A stretch of DNA of 64,000 bases from Geosiphon pyriformis uo1. Taxonomy: Eukaryota; Fungi; Glomeromycota. This document shows positions 13,252 to 26,493 of the stretch, one piece after another. The DNA is taken from assembly GCA_016748015.1 (NCBI GenBank), contig JAAOMT010000638.1, positions 1 through 64,000 on the forward strand. Direction: 5' to 3'. The number at the start of each line of letters is the position of its first letter. Positions within the stretch are counted from its first letter, which is position 1. The notes beneath the pieces were generated by a model that was not told the origin of the DNA, made no database searches, and worked only from the letters and a program-made list of their open reading frames with translations. The position numbers were made by a program, and so were the translations under genes.

Positions 13252-15335
13252 TAAATCTTATTAAACAATAGTTAAAAAATACATATAATGTTCATTTAAA
13301 TATTTCTTTAAATTTAACTTTGACTATAATTCGAAATTTCGAAAATTTTAAAAAAGAATGAGATCATTTAAAGAGATGTACAGTACATATGCATCATGGT
13401 AGACCATTTTGAAGCCTCTTTCTCAAACACCTTGTGAATATTTGAACATGTAAACTTGAATAAAATTGTGTTAAACTTTCCCCCCATCATAATTTTACCC
13501 CGAGTTTGAAAACAGCAGATAAAATTAGATAGATAATTAGATTCGAATGACTTTTTTATTTTAGGAAATCAGGATCTTTGATGTTTGATAAAAAATACAT
13601 TCTTCTGGTAAAATTTTTTCTTGGTCTCATGGTAATACATAAAATTAATATGCATTCAATTTTATATATTGTAAAAAAAATCAAAACAAATTCCTTTTTG
13701 AAGTTAACGCAAGTCTGTACACAAACAAAGTATTCATAATTTATTAAAACTTTTATGCGCACGAGCTATTTTTTTTAAAAAAAAAAGAATTGGTCCAGAC
13801 AAACCTGAAACAAAGGATTGTAAATTCTTAAAAAGGAAAAAAAAATTGGTAGAAGCTTTGTTGGCGTAAGTACAGCCTAAAATTTCGCGATTTCAAACAT
13901 GTGGTCCTTGCAAATTAGTACTTTCACAGCCTATCATTTTTTCTTTTTTGTTCAAATATGTACAACCGCATGATGTAATTTTTATGATTACTGTTCTTTC
14001 TTTTGCAATAAAACGCAAAAAAAAGATTTTTTTTTTATTAACACATATCCATTCAAAAAGAATAATAAAAAAATATAAACCTTTTTTCAAAAAAGAAAAA
14101 CGAATTTTTTTTTCCTACAGAATCATATAACTTTTAAAGTTCACAAAAGGAAAAAAGTTTTATCATATCATGTTCCAAAAATTTTTAATATTTTTCATTT
14201 TTTTTGACAATGAAAATTTCAAAGACTATTATAGAAACATCAAACTCAATTACCCAAAGAAAATCAAAAACAAATAAAACACAAAGACAACAAGTTGTTG
14301 CTGATGCTGATGGCTAAGACTAATGTGGCTTAATCAGGAGCGTATATTTTCATGTTTCAATTACATTTTTCATAAAAACTTTATTGAAAAAAAAATCACC
14401 TTTTTAGGAAATTTATTTGGAAAAACTCGAAATCTTAAATCCTAATCTACCGTATTGTTGGGCCTATAACACATGATTAATCACACACACAAGAATAAAT
14501 GATTATCAATGTGTGTTGGTTAGAAAAAGTTTTTTTTTTAGATTGTATTTGATTTGAGAAATTTCTTTCAATATATTAACTTGTATTTAGAGAGAAAAAA
14601 TGGTTTAAACCTTTTCTGAACTCATTTTCATAAATATCCAGAGAGTTTACCATTCAAGATAATCTGCTTTGTGAAATACTTTTGTTAATTTCATTCATAT
14701 CCGGATTAGATTAACGTATGAGTCATAAAATATAAAAAAGCCATATGTAAATGTAAAATTAACTTTCAACTTTGTAATTATCTCCTCATAAAAAACCAGT
14801 TTGATGATGAGGCAGCACGAATTTAAAAAAAATGTAATAAATTCTCTGCTGTTTACATTGGATATCATTGTGATAAGGAACATGCAACTCTATACTAAAC
14901 AAGATATACTACTTAAAGAACCCCAAATATTAGACAATGTCATACCTTCAAATTTACTCCGGGAAAAATAATTTAAAAGTTTGTATAAATTAACTGTTAA
15001 ACAATCAATTGAACCATATACCAAGTACTGCGACAACGATATTAGGTGTAACATAAAAAATATATTATTATTATTATTATTAGAAATACCTGGTTCTTGC
15101 CAGACAAATATTTTTCCTGAAATTGGGTCTATTTGACCGTTGTTCTGATCTTTATTCAACACTATTCTACGTACTCGAGCTATTTTGGAAACCAGTCATG
15201 AACAACGTACCAGTTACCATTAAACAAAAAAAACAATAGCAAGGAAGTAATTATTTGCATCCCATCTTTTTGCCCTTGTTCCTCGGTATTCTGACCATTC
15301 AATCAAAACTTTAATTAAACCAAAAAATTAATAAC

Positions 15336-15383
<48 letters not shown>
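15336..15383 (+). repeat. (AAT)n microsatellite upstream of the HMG gene
   Basis: Perfect AAT run visible in the sequence. Confidence 0.95.
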
Positions 15384-15568
15384 CTACTAGAGAAATGAGG
15401 TATTAAAAACTTTGTATAAATGCTACAAGATCTGCTTGCTTCCCGCTATTTTATAATTTTAAAAAAAGCTAAATTTTTCTCTGTGAATCTCCAACAATTA
15501 AAAAAAGAATTAATAAATTATTTTTTTTCACTAAATATCAATCTTGACGAGATTTTTTATCTAAAAAA

Positions 15569-16199
15569 ATGGCGTTAACAAATCAAAAACAATCACTACC
15601 AAATCAACATCCTTCAGCTCCTCTATCAGTAGCTTTGATTGATTATGCTATCAATATAACAATTCCGAAATCAACCTTGCAAAAAATTAATCTTCAATTA
15701 ACAAAACCACTTCGTTCACTTCTTTTACCACGCTCTGTTAAACGACCCAATTCTATACCACGCCCACAAAACCTTTTTCTTATTTATCGTTGTGATATGC
15801 AAGAAGCTTTAATGAAAACAAATCAATCGACAAATCGTAGAGAATTAAAAGATATTTCACAATGGGTGGGAAAGAAATGGCAAGAAGAGCCAGAAGAAAC
15901 TAAAGAATTGTATAAGGTTATTGCAGAATGTGCTAAAAAAGTTCATCAATTGGCGTATCCTAATTACATATATAAACCGAGACGAAAAACAATCGGAAAC
16001 AAAATTCGAGGTCACAATAATGTAAAGAAACCTTTGAAGATCATTTATTCCTCAGCTGCAACGGTAGGATCTAAAGAACATGAGATGGGAGTTTTCAAGG
16101 AACGAACGACCAACGAAAAGTCTTTCTCAACAAGTACAATTCCAATCTCTCAGCTAATATCTCAAAACGTGATGCCATTAAAAATATCATCACTATCAC

Positions 16200-16240
<41 letters not shown>

Positions 16241-16477
16241 CCACCACCACCACCACCACCACCACCCATTCAAAATCTCATTATCCCTTCGTCAATTAAT
16301 AATTACACTCTAAATTCAGCATCAAATGTAATCAATCAAAATCAAATAATTACCCTACCCAACTTCAAATATCTTGAATCAACTTTAATCTTTACAAATC
16401 CCATAGGTATAAAAATGATTGATCGTTGGTATGATATGAGAATGCAACAGAAAATTGATCAATACCTTAATTTCTAA
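15569..16477 (+). CDS. MATA-type HMG-box transcription factor (intronless, 302 aa)
   Basis: IPRPQNLFLIYRCD...ISQWVGKKWQEEPEETKELYKVIAECAKKVHQLAYPNYIYKPRRK is a typical MATA_HMG box. Strong start context AAAAAATGG. Poly-Ser and poly-Pro tracts in the C-terminal part. Confidence 0.93.
16201..16267 (+). repeat. Coding (TCA)n-(CCA)n compound microsatellite (poly-Ser/poly-Pro)
   Basis: Visible inside the HMG ORF. Confidence 0.95.
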
Positions 16478-16771
16478 TAATAGCTTTGTGTTGTTGATCA
16501 ACCATACATACATATATATATATATCATTTTTAATATAATTTATAATTAATTTATTCGATTGAAAACAATATCTTATTTTGTCAGATTTTATTAATAAAA
16601 ATTAATTCTATTTATTTAAGCATTTGGTTTACATATATATACCATATAAGAGTGTGATATATTATTTTGGCCAGACATTTGAGGGAAAGATATTTTTTTG
16701 AAGAAAAGATTTTATCCTTTAACATTCCAAGGAGAATGGAAATGGTTAATAAAGTAACATTTCATATTTTT

Positions 16772-16791
16772 AATAATAATAATAATACTAC

Positions 16792-16853
<62 letters not shown>

Positions 16854-16867
16854 GTAATAACAATAAT
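16772..16867 (+). repeat. (AAT)n microsatellite between convergent genes
   Basis: Long AAT run with a few ACT/AGT/AAC interruptions. Confidence 0.95.
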
Positions 16868-16966
16868 GGTAAAATCGATATTATAGTTTTTTTTTTCCAA
16901 AAATTTTTTTTGGAAAACCCCATTTTTCAAGTCTTAACGTTTTATAAAAGAATTTATCGTATGTTT

Positions 16967-17488
16967 TCAAACATGACACCAATGAGAATGATGACATAAC
17001 TCTCCATCATAAACAACCCTACACACCTCTCTAACCAACCCTTGAACTTCCTTAAAAATCTCTTCAAAAACCCTCCATCCTCGGTCTGGATGAACCTTCA
17101 AATTACCGGGAAACGCCAACAGAAAAGCAGCTTTAACTTCAACTTCTTGTGAAACGACTTCATCGGTAAAAAAATTACTTTGATTTTTGATCATCCATTC
17201 AATAACTTTGATTTCGTATCTAAGATTCGTTATCGGTTGAATTCTGGTTCGAAGTTCTTCAAGGAATTGAAAAGTGTGAAGTGTTTTATCAAAATCTTTA
17301 GAAAATTCCATGAGAATTTCTTGTTCTTGAATTTCCGTTATTTCATCAGACTCGGAAATATCTGAGTTAGTATCAGATTCTGATTCACTGTCATCAATAA
17401 TTGAAGATTCTGATTCACTATCGTAAATCATTGAATCTTGTTCATTTTCTTTCTCGTAATTGTTTTCGGGATTTAAAATTGGTGCCAT
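16967..17488 (-). CDS. Acidic 173-aa protein with a divergent C-terminal J-domain-like (HPD) segment
   Basis: Uninterrupted ORF with AAAAAATGG start. D/E/S-rich N-terminus. EVKAAF...LKVHPDRG..FEEIFKEVQ resembles J-domain helix II-HPD-helix III (EIKKAY..LKYHPDK..EEKFKEI). Confidence 0.65.
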   Translation of the reverse strand: MAPILNPENNYEKENEQDSMIYDSESESSIIDDSESESDTNSDISESDEITEIQEQEILMEFSKDFDKTLHTFQFLEELRTRIQPITNLRYEIKVIEWMIKNQSNFFTDEVVSQEVEVKAAFLLAFPGNLKVHPDRGWRVFEEIFKEVQGLVREVCRVVYDGELCHHSHWCHV

Positions 17489-20259
17489 TTTTTATTCGAA
17501 AAAGATTTTTAAATTAGATTTGTAGTATTTCCTTAATTTGAAATTTAAAAAACTAAAATCAAATATACGATTAAAGTTACAATCTCTTGTCTCAAAGGGT
17601 AGCCTTTTTTATAGATAAAAAAAAACGAAATCTATCAACCACTCTTGTGTAATTAAAGCTGAAAAACATTTAATCCTAAACGTTACAATTTATTCTATTC
17701 ATCCCTTAACTTTTCAAACAGCAATAGAATCACTGTCTAAATTCAGCGAGCAATCAAACTCCAAAAATTAAATTAATTTAAGGGATGCATTCTTATTTAA
17801 CAGGTTGTGAGCATACACATTGGAAATAGGGCATCTATATTTCAATTGTGTACTTTTGAGTAACATTTTTTTCTATCCTCAAATCAACAATTCCCACTAT
17901 TCAGTCTAATAATCAATTTGTGAAACATCTGAATATATCCCATTGGTAATCATATTGTATGACATTCAGTGATACTCAGGATAAGATAAATCAAAAGTTT
18001 ATATATTTATATTTTCTACAAAAAAGGTTTGTATCTAGTACTGGATCATTCGATTTTAAAAAATTTTCTTGCAAACGAATCCAATCATAAAAGAATACAA
18101 TACTGTGTACGTCTGCATTATATAAATTAAAAAAGGTTGATCGATGCGGTCAAAAGTTTTAATTTAGTGGTAAAAAGAAAAAAAAATCAAGTAAACAAAG
18201 TCCTTAAAAAATTATTGATTAAAAAAATATCTTTCATTACAAAACAAAAGTTTGGATAGAATCTCGTGAGAAAACTCTCTAGTAATAGAACCAAAATATA
18301 CCTTTGTTAACCTTTTCTTTTTAATTATTATTATTACCGTAAACTGTTTTTGTTTTTAAATTAATTAAAGTCATAACTAAAAAATCTATTAGAAACTTTA
18401 AAGATTATTGAAATCCTTTTTTCTTTGTATATAATAAAAGTGGTTTTAGAGAAATGTTAGGATTTTCTCCATATTGAGAACCATTTTAATAAACTTAACC
18501 TCGAGTCAATGCATCAATTGAAAAAATTGAAAAAAAAATTAAAAAACCTATAGTATTGCAAATTTCGAATGAGTTTTTCACAAAGGTTGAGTCTCATAAA
18601 AATATATATAACAAAAATTTTACTTTAAAAATATTTCCACTAATTTAAATAGCATACTTTTGTTAATTTATCATACTCAAAATATTAATAGAATACATTA
18701 AAACAAAAATTGTCTCTAGTAAATATTTGTGCATGTTATAGCATTAGTCAGAACATCATCTGAAATCAAAAAACTTCAAACACATGATTGTTCATTTAAT
18801 TTATATTTTTAAAAGTTTTTGATTACTAAATTGTTTTTCAAAAATATTTGTTTCAATAATAAATTTTTTAAATATTGTTAAACAAATATTTTAATACTCA
18901 AAATTTTATTTATCAATTTAAAAATAGAAAAACTTTTTTTTTAAAATATTATTCTAAAAATTAATTTTAATTTCAAGAATTAATTCCGAAATTTAAATCT
19001 ATAAATAAGAATAAAAAAGTTATTTGTGATTAGTAGAAATTTTTTTTAGAATAATTTTCCTTGTTATTTAAAAAATATTCAAGACTTTGAATAACACCAA
19101 TCAAGAAGTTTAAAACTTCTTAATCGGCAAGTTATTCAAATATTTATGAATCCAATATTAGATATTAAAATTATATAATAAAAACATTATTACTTTAACG
19201 GCGAAAAAAGCCTTAAAATAGAATTTATGCATATTTCTAAAAAAAAAGTATTTTAATGGTGAGAAAGGAAATATTTTATTGTTATCACTTGAATTTGATA
19301 ATTTAAAATCGAACTTTGTTACTATTTGGGGATATATATTTTCATGTCAATTAGAAATATGTAATAAGTTTAACAATATTTTTTTAATTATGTAAAATTT
19401 ATTATTGATAAGATAAATTTATTTTCTTTGAATTAATAATTTTTTCAATTTTTCATTATGTTTATAATCAAAAATCTCAATTTCTTTAATTTATAAATCA
19501 AAAACTATTTAATTTGTTAAACCACTTATCAAATATTTTTCTTTCAAACATTTGAAAAATATTATTATTATTATTATTAACTTTATTTGTTTCATTTTTT
19601 AAAAAAATCAAAATTACAAAACTAATACTTTTTTCGTATTCGCAACTTATTATAAATAATTTCTTTTGAATTCAAAAAATTAATTTAATAATAAATTTGT
19701 CAAATATAAATTTTCTCATCAACTTTTTATATATTTCAAGAATCTTCATATAAAAAGTATGTTATAAATTTAATAATTATTTCTTGTAATAAATTGACTT
19801 TTTGTCAAATTTAATTGTTTTTAATAATAATAATAATTCATCTATATAGAAATTTTACCTTTTTTGGAATAAATCAACTCCAAAAAAAAAAATTATTTAA
19901 ATAAGTTGTATCCATTAATATAGAATGATTTTCATAAAAAATGGCAATTTTTGAATAAATTAAAGATCTCATGTCCACTTATACATTAAGAATTTCCTTG
20001 TTTTTAAATTTCAGATCTCTTATTTTTCTCTAATAATTTTAGCAGATACTCTATCATATTCTATCGTATAAAGCCTAGTTTTATGTATGTATGTATGTAT
20101 GTATAAACGATTCTTTTTGAGTAGCTTAATGTAAAATGATAGATTTTGTTTCTTAAATTAATGCTATATAGGTTAAAAATCATATGGGAAGGGACTATAA
20201 AAAAAGCTTAATTTTTGAAGAATTCCTTATTGGTCTTATATTGTTCATATTTTAAAGTA

Positions 20260-21684
20260 TCAAGAAAATTGTCTGAATTTTCTTGTTGAAATTTCTGATT
20301 TTTGAGTGCTCACGAGATCCAAAAAACTCATGGTTTCTTTATCTACCAAGACATGTTCATCTTCAATAAATCTCAATATGCAATGAAACTGTCCTTCTAA
20401 ATGACCTCGTACATCATCAAATGAATATTTCTTCGATCCTTTACAAATGGCACAATAAAAAACTTTCTGTTTTTTAAAACCATTTGTTAATGCTTTTCCT
20501 ATATAGCTTAAATGGACTGGATTTGTCATGAGAAAATTAGCTTCCCATTTCACCATGAAAACATGGAAATCGAGCTGATTATCATTCCATCTAATTGAAG
20601 GGTCGTTATAACTGAATTTCGGGTATTTATAATGAGGGCAAAACCGAAGATATTCAAGAGCTGGGTCCTTATGAGAAAAAATGGACTTTGAACTCGGAGT
20701 ATTTTGCCATAACGCATCGATACGTCTTTCAATTTCAATTTGACGTGTGGAATATTCAATAGCGTACGAAACATCAAAGTAAGTTTGTAGCATAGAATTT
20801 TTTATGGCGTTCCCATCATCTTTTATCGGCTCCGTGATATTATATTTTGCTTTGCAATATGCTGGTGACCTCCGAAGGTAGTTATCCTTATAAATCGGGT
20901 TACCATATACATCTCGTAATTGGCAAAGCTCTTCAATAATAGCTTCGATTATTTGATTATTTCGCTCAATTATTGCAATTATACGCAAATTGGCATCTTT
21001 CATGATGACCTGAGCAATTTTTTTTTGTTCTTCGATCCATACAGTACGTGAATCTAAATCGAGGGAAAGGTATTTTTTTTCTGCACGTTCCCATTGATTT
21101 CGCAAATAGAAGCTAACATCCTCAATTCTTATATAAGGTAACCCGGCAAGTATTTTAGATTTTTCTTTTTTCGTGCAAAGCTTGGTTCGAATTTCGGTTT
21201 TGCTATGGAAGGTAAATAACGTTATATTGTTGTTGGTTGAATTGGAAAGTACGAAAAGAAGGCAAAAAATTCAAGATAAAAATTACCTAGCAATTCTAGC
21301 CTTAAGACATCTATCACAACAACGTAAACGAAAAGGCCAATAAACAGCCAAGCGAATTTTATGATCAATTTGACAAATCTGGCAAAAGTCACCCAAACTT
21401 GTCAGTTGTATATATCTTTTTTCGTCCATTCCAGCAGGAGGCGGTATTGATAACAAAGGAAAATAAAGAAGTCTAGAGCGACGCCAGATTTCTTGAGTAA
21501 TCGAAGAATTCGGACAGCACAGATATATTCTGTAATTTTTGCACACCAAACTTAACGAAAGTAGATCGTCAGGGGCCAAATGGTATACTATTTTTAGAAA
21601 TATCTCGGGGGGAACATTTGCGGCTGCACAAAAATTTTGGGCAGAGACCAAGGTAATCGGAAATCGATCGTGTCTTTGATCCAT
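20260..21684 (-). CDS. F-box domain protein (446 aa) with Cys-rich and C2H2-like motifs
   Basis: Exons 21684-21287 and 21202-20260 join in frame. F-box VPPEIFLKIVYHLAPDDLLSLSLVCK..IWRRSR, then PPPAGMDE, CQIC...CCDRC, and C-terminal CAICKG...HLEGQFH. Confidence 0.9.
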
Positions 21685-24600
21685 GATAAGTTGATTTTTG
21701 CTCTTTTCAATATTATAATGAGAAAGAAGACAAAAAAAGAAGAAAATAAAGGTTGGGTATCGAATTCCCCTAAATATTTACAGAAAACCAAAACTCGGGC
21801 GGATTATTTTTCAAGCCAAATTTTCGGTGCTCTTTTCAACATTTTTCAGGTGTCGCAAATCGAACCTTGCAACCAGTTTTTGAATTTCGTAAAACCACTA
21901 AAAAAGAAGGACACTTTACAGAAAATCTTTCCAAAACAATTCCCAGATATCCAAGTTTATAATTCTGCACAAGATAATGCGCAGTATTTCCCTGGAAGGA
22001 AATTTATAGAATTGGGGCTTTTGATGATTTAGAATTTACCAAGCGAGGAAATAATGACAGGATATAATTGTTTTTGAGCGAAAAATTTTGACGAAAAAAA
22101 TTTCCTGGTCATTGTTCAATCAGTTTTTGGAACTCAAAAGGTGAAAATTTTCAAACAAAGAGAATTCGCGTTTCAAAGAACAGTGTGATCCAAAAATAGT
22201 CAACAGTCATTACAGTGGGCGAATTTGATCGACACTCAAAATGATCCGAAATTAAGTTTATAGGTTTCTAGCCCAATTTTTGGGTCTTTTTTGTCACCAG
22301 TCTTGGGAACAATATCAAAAAGCTATTGTCCTACGATTTACCACTAACTAGGCAGCGCAAACTCTTAAGAATAGTAGTATCTCATAATTGTAGAAACAAT
22401 TGTTCAAATTTAAAGTGAGTTATAATAGATATGAAGCTGTTTCAAATTTTATGATTTTTTGAACTCTTTTTGTTGCAGGAAAATGCCAAAAATAAATTTC
22501 TAAAGTTTGGCAATTAGCAAAACCCAAAACCTTGGGATTTCTACATTCCCCAGTTTATGATTTTTATGATGGCTTGAAAGTTTTTTCTAAATGTATACGA
22601 GGAACAATTTTTTTTTTATGCAGAGTTTCATTCAAACGTCCTTTAATTTCCGACATGAAATCCCAATTAAAAATGGAAACTAACAAATAATTGTTAAGAT
22701 AATTAACAATGGATGAAAGTTACCAAACACGTTAGATTTTTCCTATCAATGCATCATCATTTTTCGCGGTAAAAAGAACGGCGTTTCACAAACTTTAAAA
22801 TTTAACATTTACCGTTGTTAATTTCAAAACAAAGAAAAACTATCTTGATTTGCTAAGTTTTTGAGTTGATTGCATAAAAGAAAAGCAATGTACATTTGCT
22901 TTAGAGTGAAAAGATTTGTCTTGAAAGAAATCAGGGTTGACGCCTGGAAAAAAAATAAAAAGTTGCCTACTTTAACATTTTAATTAATTTCTCTTGTTGC
23001 CTGCATGATTATGTATATATCAACGCCTTATGATATCATTCTTGATTTAAAGAGGAGAAATTTTCTTTGTCAGGAAATCTAAAAAATTCACATGAAGAAC
23101 ATATGAGCATAATTGAATAAACTTATTTTCCTTTTTGAATTTTAAGAATATCATTTCAAAATAATTGAATGGTGATCCTAATCAATTATGGCTAATAAAC
23201 GATTTCAGGTGGAAATAAGCTCACACTTTTTTTTTTTTAAATGTGCTTCAAAAAAATAAACTCGCACTTCAGCAAGATTTGTGATGTTGAACACCTGAAT
23301 GTTCTATAGCCGAAATGATGATTAAATTTTACACGTGCGCACAGTTCATAACCCGATAAAAATATATTTACGAATTACACAATATAATATATATGATAAG
23401 TTTTTAATTATTTCTTCTTTCTATTAAATTTGTCGAGACAATTTTCTTGTGCTGTAATTGGAAGAATTGAAAATGATAGGTACAGTCGTCTCGGCAATTA
23501 AAGTTCAAATCTTTTATCCTTTTTTTATTGTGTATATAATTTTTTTTCAGAATATGTTAATATTTTGTCGTCTCTTTATTCACATTTAAAATCCTTTGAA
23601 ATTTTTACGGCATTACGTCTACAACTTCCTAAAGAATTGAAGTATTAAAATTAGACCACTCCTCTCTTAGAGCAGCCTTAAGTTTTTCTACATTTTCCAG
23701 AAAATTTTCGTGTTTCTGGATATTATTCTTCACAAGTTTCTAGATATTTCTATGCGATTAAAGTCGGGGGAAGCTGCTGGTCAATTCATAGTTTTTAATA
23801 TTTTTCTTTTTGCGATTAATTTCACAACTTCATTTGCAGTATGAATTAGTGCATTATTTTGTTCAAAACACCAAATTTTTTCTTACTAATGAACACACTG
23901 TTTTGTAAAATAGTAAAAAGAATTTTCTCAAATAAGTTTTTTTTTGATTTCTTCTTTTTATTTGTCAAAAAATACCAAGAGACCATTGATTTCTTTTACG
24001 AAACATCTCCAAACCATTACCAAGCTCCGACCACTTTTGAAACTTGGAGTTAAACAGTCTAGATTATATCTTTCTCCTATATGACGCCATACCTTTATTT
24101 GTTGTGATTGTTTTTCAGATTTTTATGCTTGTTTTATTTAAAAAAAATTACACACTACCAATAATGTATATTTTAGATGTTATTTTCTTCGCGCCAAGCT
24201 ACTTGTCTAATTGCTTGATGTTTAAGAAACAAATAACTTTTTTGCTGCTATATGAAAACAAATTCCTGCATTATCAAGCTCTAAATGATTAAAAATATCA
24301 TAAAATGACATGCACTATTGTTTTATAGCTTTTCATTTAAGTTTATTTTTTCATTTTCTTGGTGCTTTTGTTTTTAGCTAGGAACCATGATATTGCTGTG
24401 GGGTTACACTTTATTTTCTTCATGATTTTCTTTGCACTCATAATTTTGATGAGGGCTAATATTTTCTCTTGATTAATATTGTTTAACTGCGTAGGGAGTC
24501 GCATTATATTTCCGCCAAACAAAATTATGTCCAGTGGTTAGACTTGAGTTTTTCTCGTTTCAAGATTGGATCATTTTAAAATAGAAAACTTCAATTTTTG

Positions 24601-24793
24601 AAACATTTTAAATATCCCTTCAATAAATTTTATACAGGTATAGTTGTCAGAAAATATATAGTAATGATAAAATTAAAAAAAGACGGCCTCTGGCTAAGCT
24701 TAACACGATCTAATGGCGAAACCTTGAGAATAATTAGATAAATATGGAGTTAAATTTAAATCATGAAAATGTATTAATCAGTTTAAAGAGAAA

Positions 24794-25583
24794 TTACCAA
24801 TTAATTAAACCTGCCGCCTCTAAAACTTTATTCTTGTTAATAATAAATGGGAAATCGAGATTCAAGGTATATGAACGGGACGGTGGATGGTGCTCTTCTT
24901 TAGTTAGTTTCCACATTAAATTTGGGATTGCAGCTTCCATATTTTTTCGGATATCATCGCCAAATAAATCCAAAATATGGTAGCCTGCATAGGAGAATTC
25001 GTTTACCCATTCTTCAAAAATTTCTGCTATATCTCCAATTACTGCTGCCTCTTTGCTCTGGTAGAACAATAGTTGTAGATTATCTTCATGATTTGCTATC
25101 ATGGTCTCCACAGCGTGTTTTAGCATCAAAGCAAAGTTATGTAAATCAGCAGCCCATTGGTTTACCATATCAACAGGTTTATAAAGTGCCGAAGTTCCTA
25201 TTTTGAAGCATCTCATTTCCTGAAGAAGGCGTGAAAGATTGCATGTGTTTTCTGCATCAAAACAATGTTCTTGAAACCACGTTATTCTGCCTTCACGATA
25301 AAATCGCATGATGTAATGGAAAGTTTCGCCATCTCTATCGAAGAAATATTCGTGACCGTCAGCCTGATGTGATTCTTCACCATCTTCCAAGAACATTTTA
25401 CCCAAGAGAGTATTTGGATGAGCGATTAAGGTCGAGCGCAGTGTCTCGAACTTGAAATTCCCGCAAATAAAAGGTTTCAGAATTTTATACGGTTGAAAAA
25501 AATATGGAAATTGACTAACATACCTGAGTACCACCAATATTAAGTATTATCTTTTGATAGTTTTGCGAAGATATATTAGCCAT
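24794..25583 (-). CDS. BTB/POZ (KCTD / K+ channel tetramerisation type) domain protein, 238 aa
   Basis: Exon 1, 25583-25524 (MANISSQNYQKIILNIGGTQ), splices at phase 0 to exon 2, 25450-24794 (FETLRSTLIAHPNTLLGKMF...EYFFDRDGETFHYIMRFYREG), giving the classic BTB_2 signature. Confidence 0.92.
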
Positions 25584-26493
25584 ATTTTCTTTCGCTAAAA
25601 GACGATCAAATAATAGGAATCTTTAGATTTCTTTCCTTTCCATGTATTGAACGTAAGAGGAAAATTGCCCAGTAGCGACTTTATACGTAAAATTCAAAAC
25701 ATTATTATTAACCATTTTTCATCGATAATCTATCATCATGTGCATTATTATTATGTAAAGTTTTTATGATGTGATGTCAGCTTCGGATATTGTCGGTTCT
25801 AATCATTAGCACCATCATACATCTCGAGCGAAGATGCTTTCTTGATGATTTTTTGGAAAAACATGGACTTTTAAATAGCCATAACAGGTCAATTTTGATA
25901 CAATGCTTTAAAATATTTCAAACAAACAAGATCAAGCCATTTTTTTTAAAAATACCAAAAAAGTTGTTACAAATGTATTAAAATCAAATATATACATATG
26001 TAACATCAAATACCAAGAAAAAAGATATCTTAATATAAACACATATAATTTACTTTCTCACTCTAATCATTTTGCGCTGATTTTTTTTTAATTTCATTAA
26101 TTAAACTTTAATGCATGATTTAGCACTTTGCTAAAAAAAATGATTTTATCTAGTCTTTTGTATCTATTGATTTCCTTTCAATTCTGAAACGGGTGCGGCG
26201 TTCCTTTATAAAATCCGCTAACTGGATTCCAACTTCGTGAACTTGAATCTGTGATGTCCGGCAAAGTAAATTTCATCACTTGTACTCTCGAAATAATAAC
26301 TTGATTATGATGGTCCTTTCCAATAAAAGTTTTTTACTTTAAATGGGAGTATTTAAAGCTCAGTACACCATGAAAATATTCATCTGTTCTTCATTGATTA
26401 GGATGGGGGAGAATTGACTAATTAGATAAATATTTCATCTCAACGCTTTCATTTTTACATATGTTTTGAAATGATTTGAACCAATGTAAGTCT

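Noticed and set aside
14900-15560. ACAAT motifs as autoregulatory HMG-binding sites
   Set aside because: Expected frequently by chance at this base composition.
15569-16477. HMG gene as a mating-type (sexP/sexM-like) locus
   Set aside because: No flanking triose-phosphate transporter, RNA helicase or homeodomain genes, and MATA-HMG genes are highly expanded in Glomeromycotina.
16667-16999. Poly-Asn and poly-Ile ORFs (16667..16999 +, 16712..16930 -)
   Set aside because: Artefacts of the (AAT)n microsatellite.
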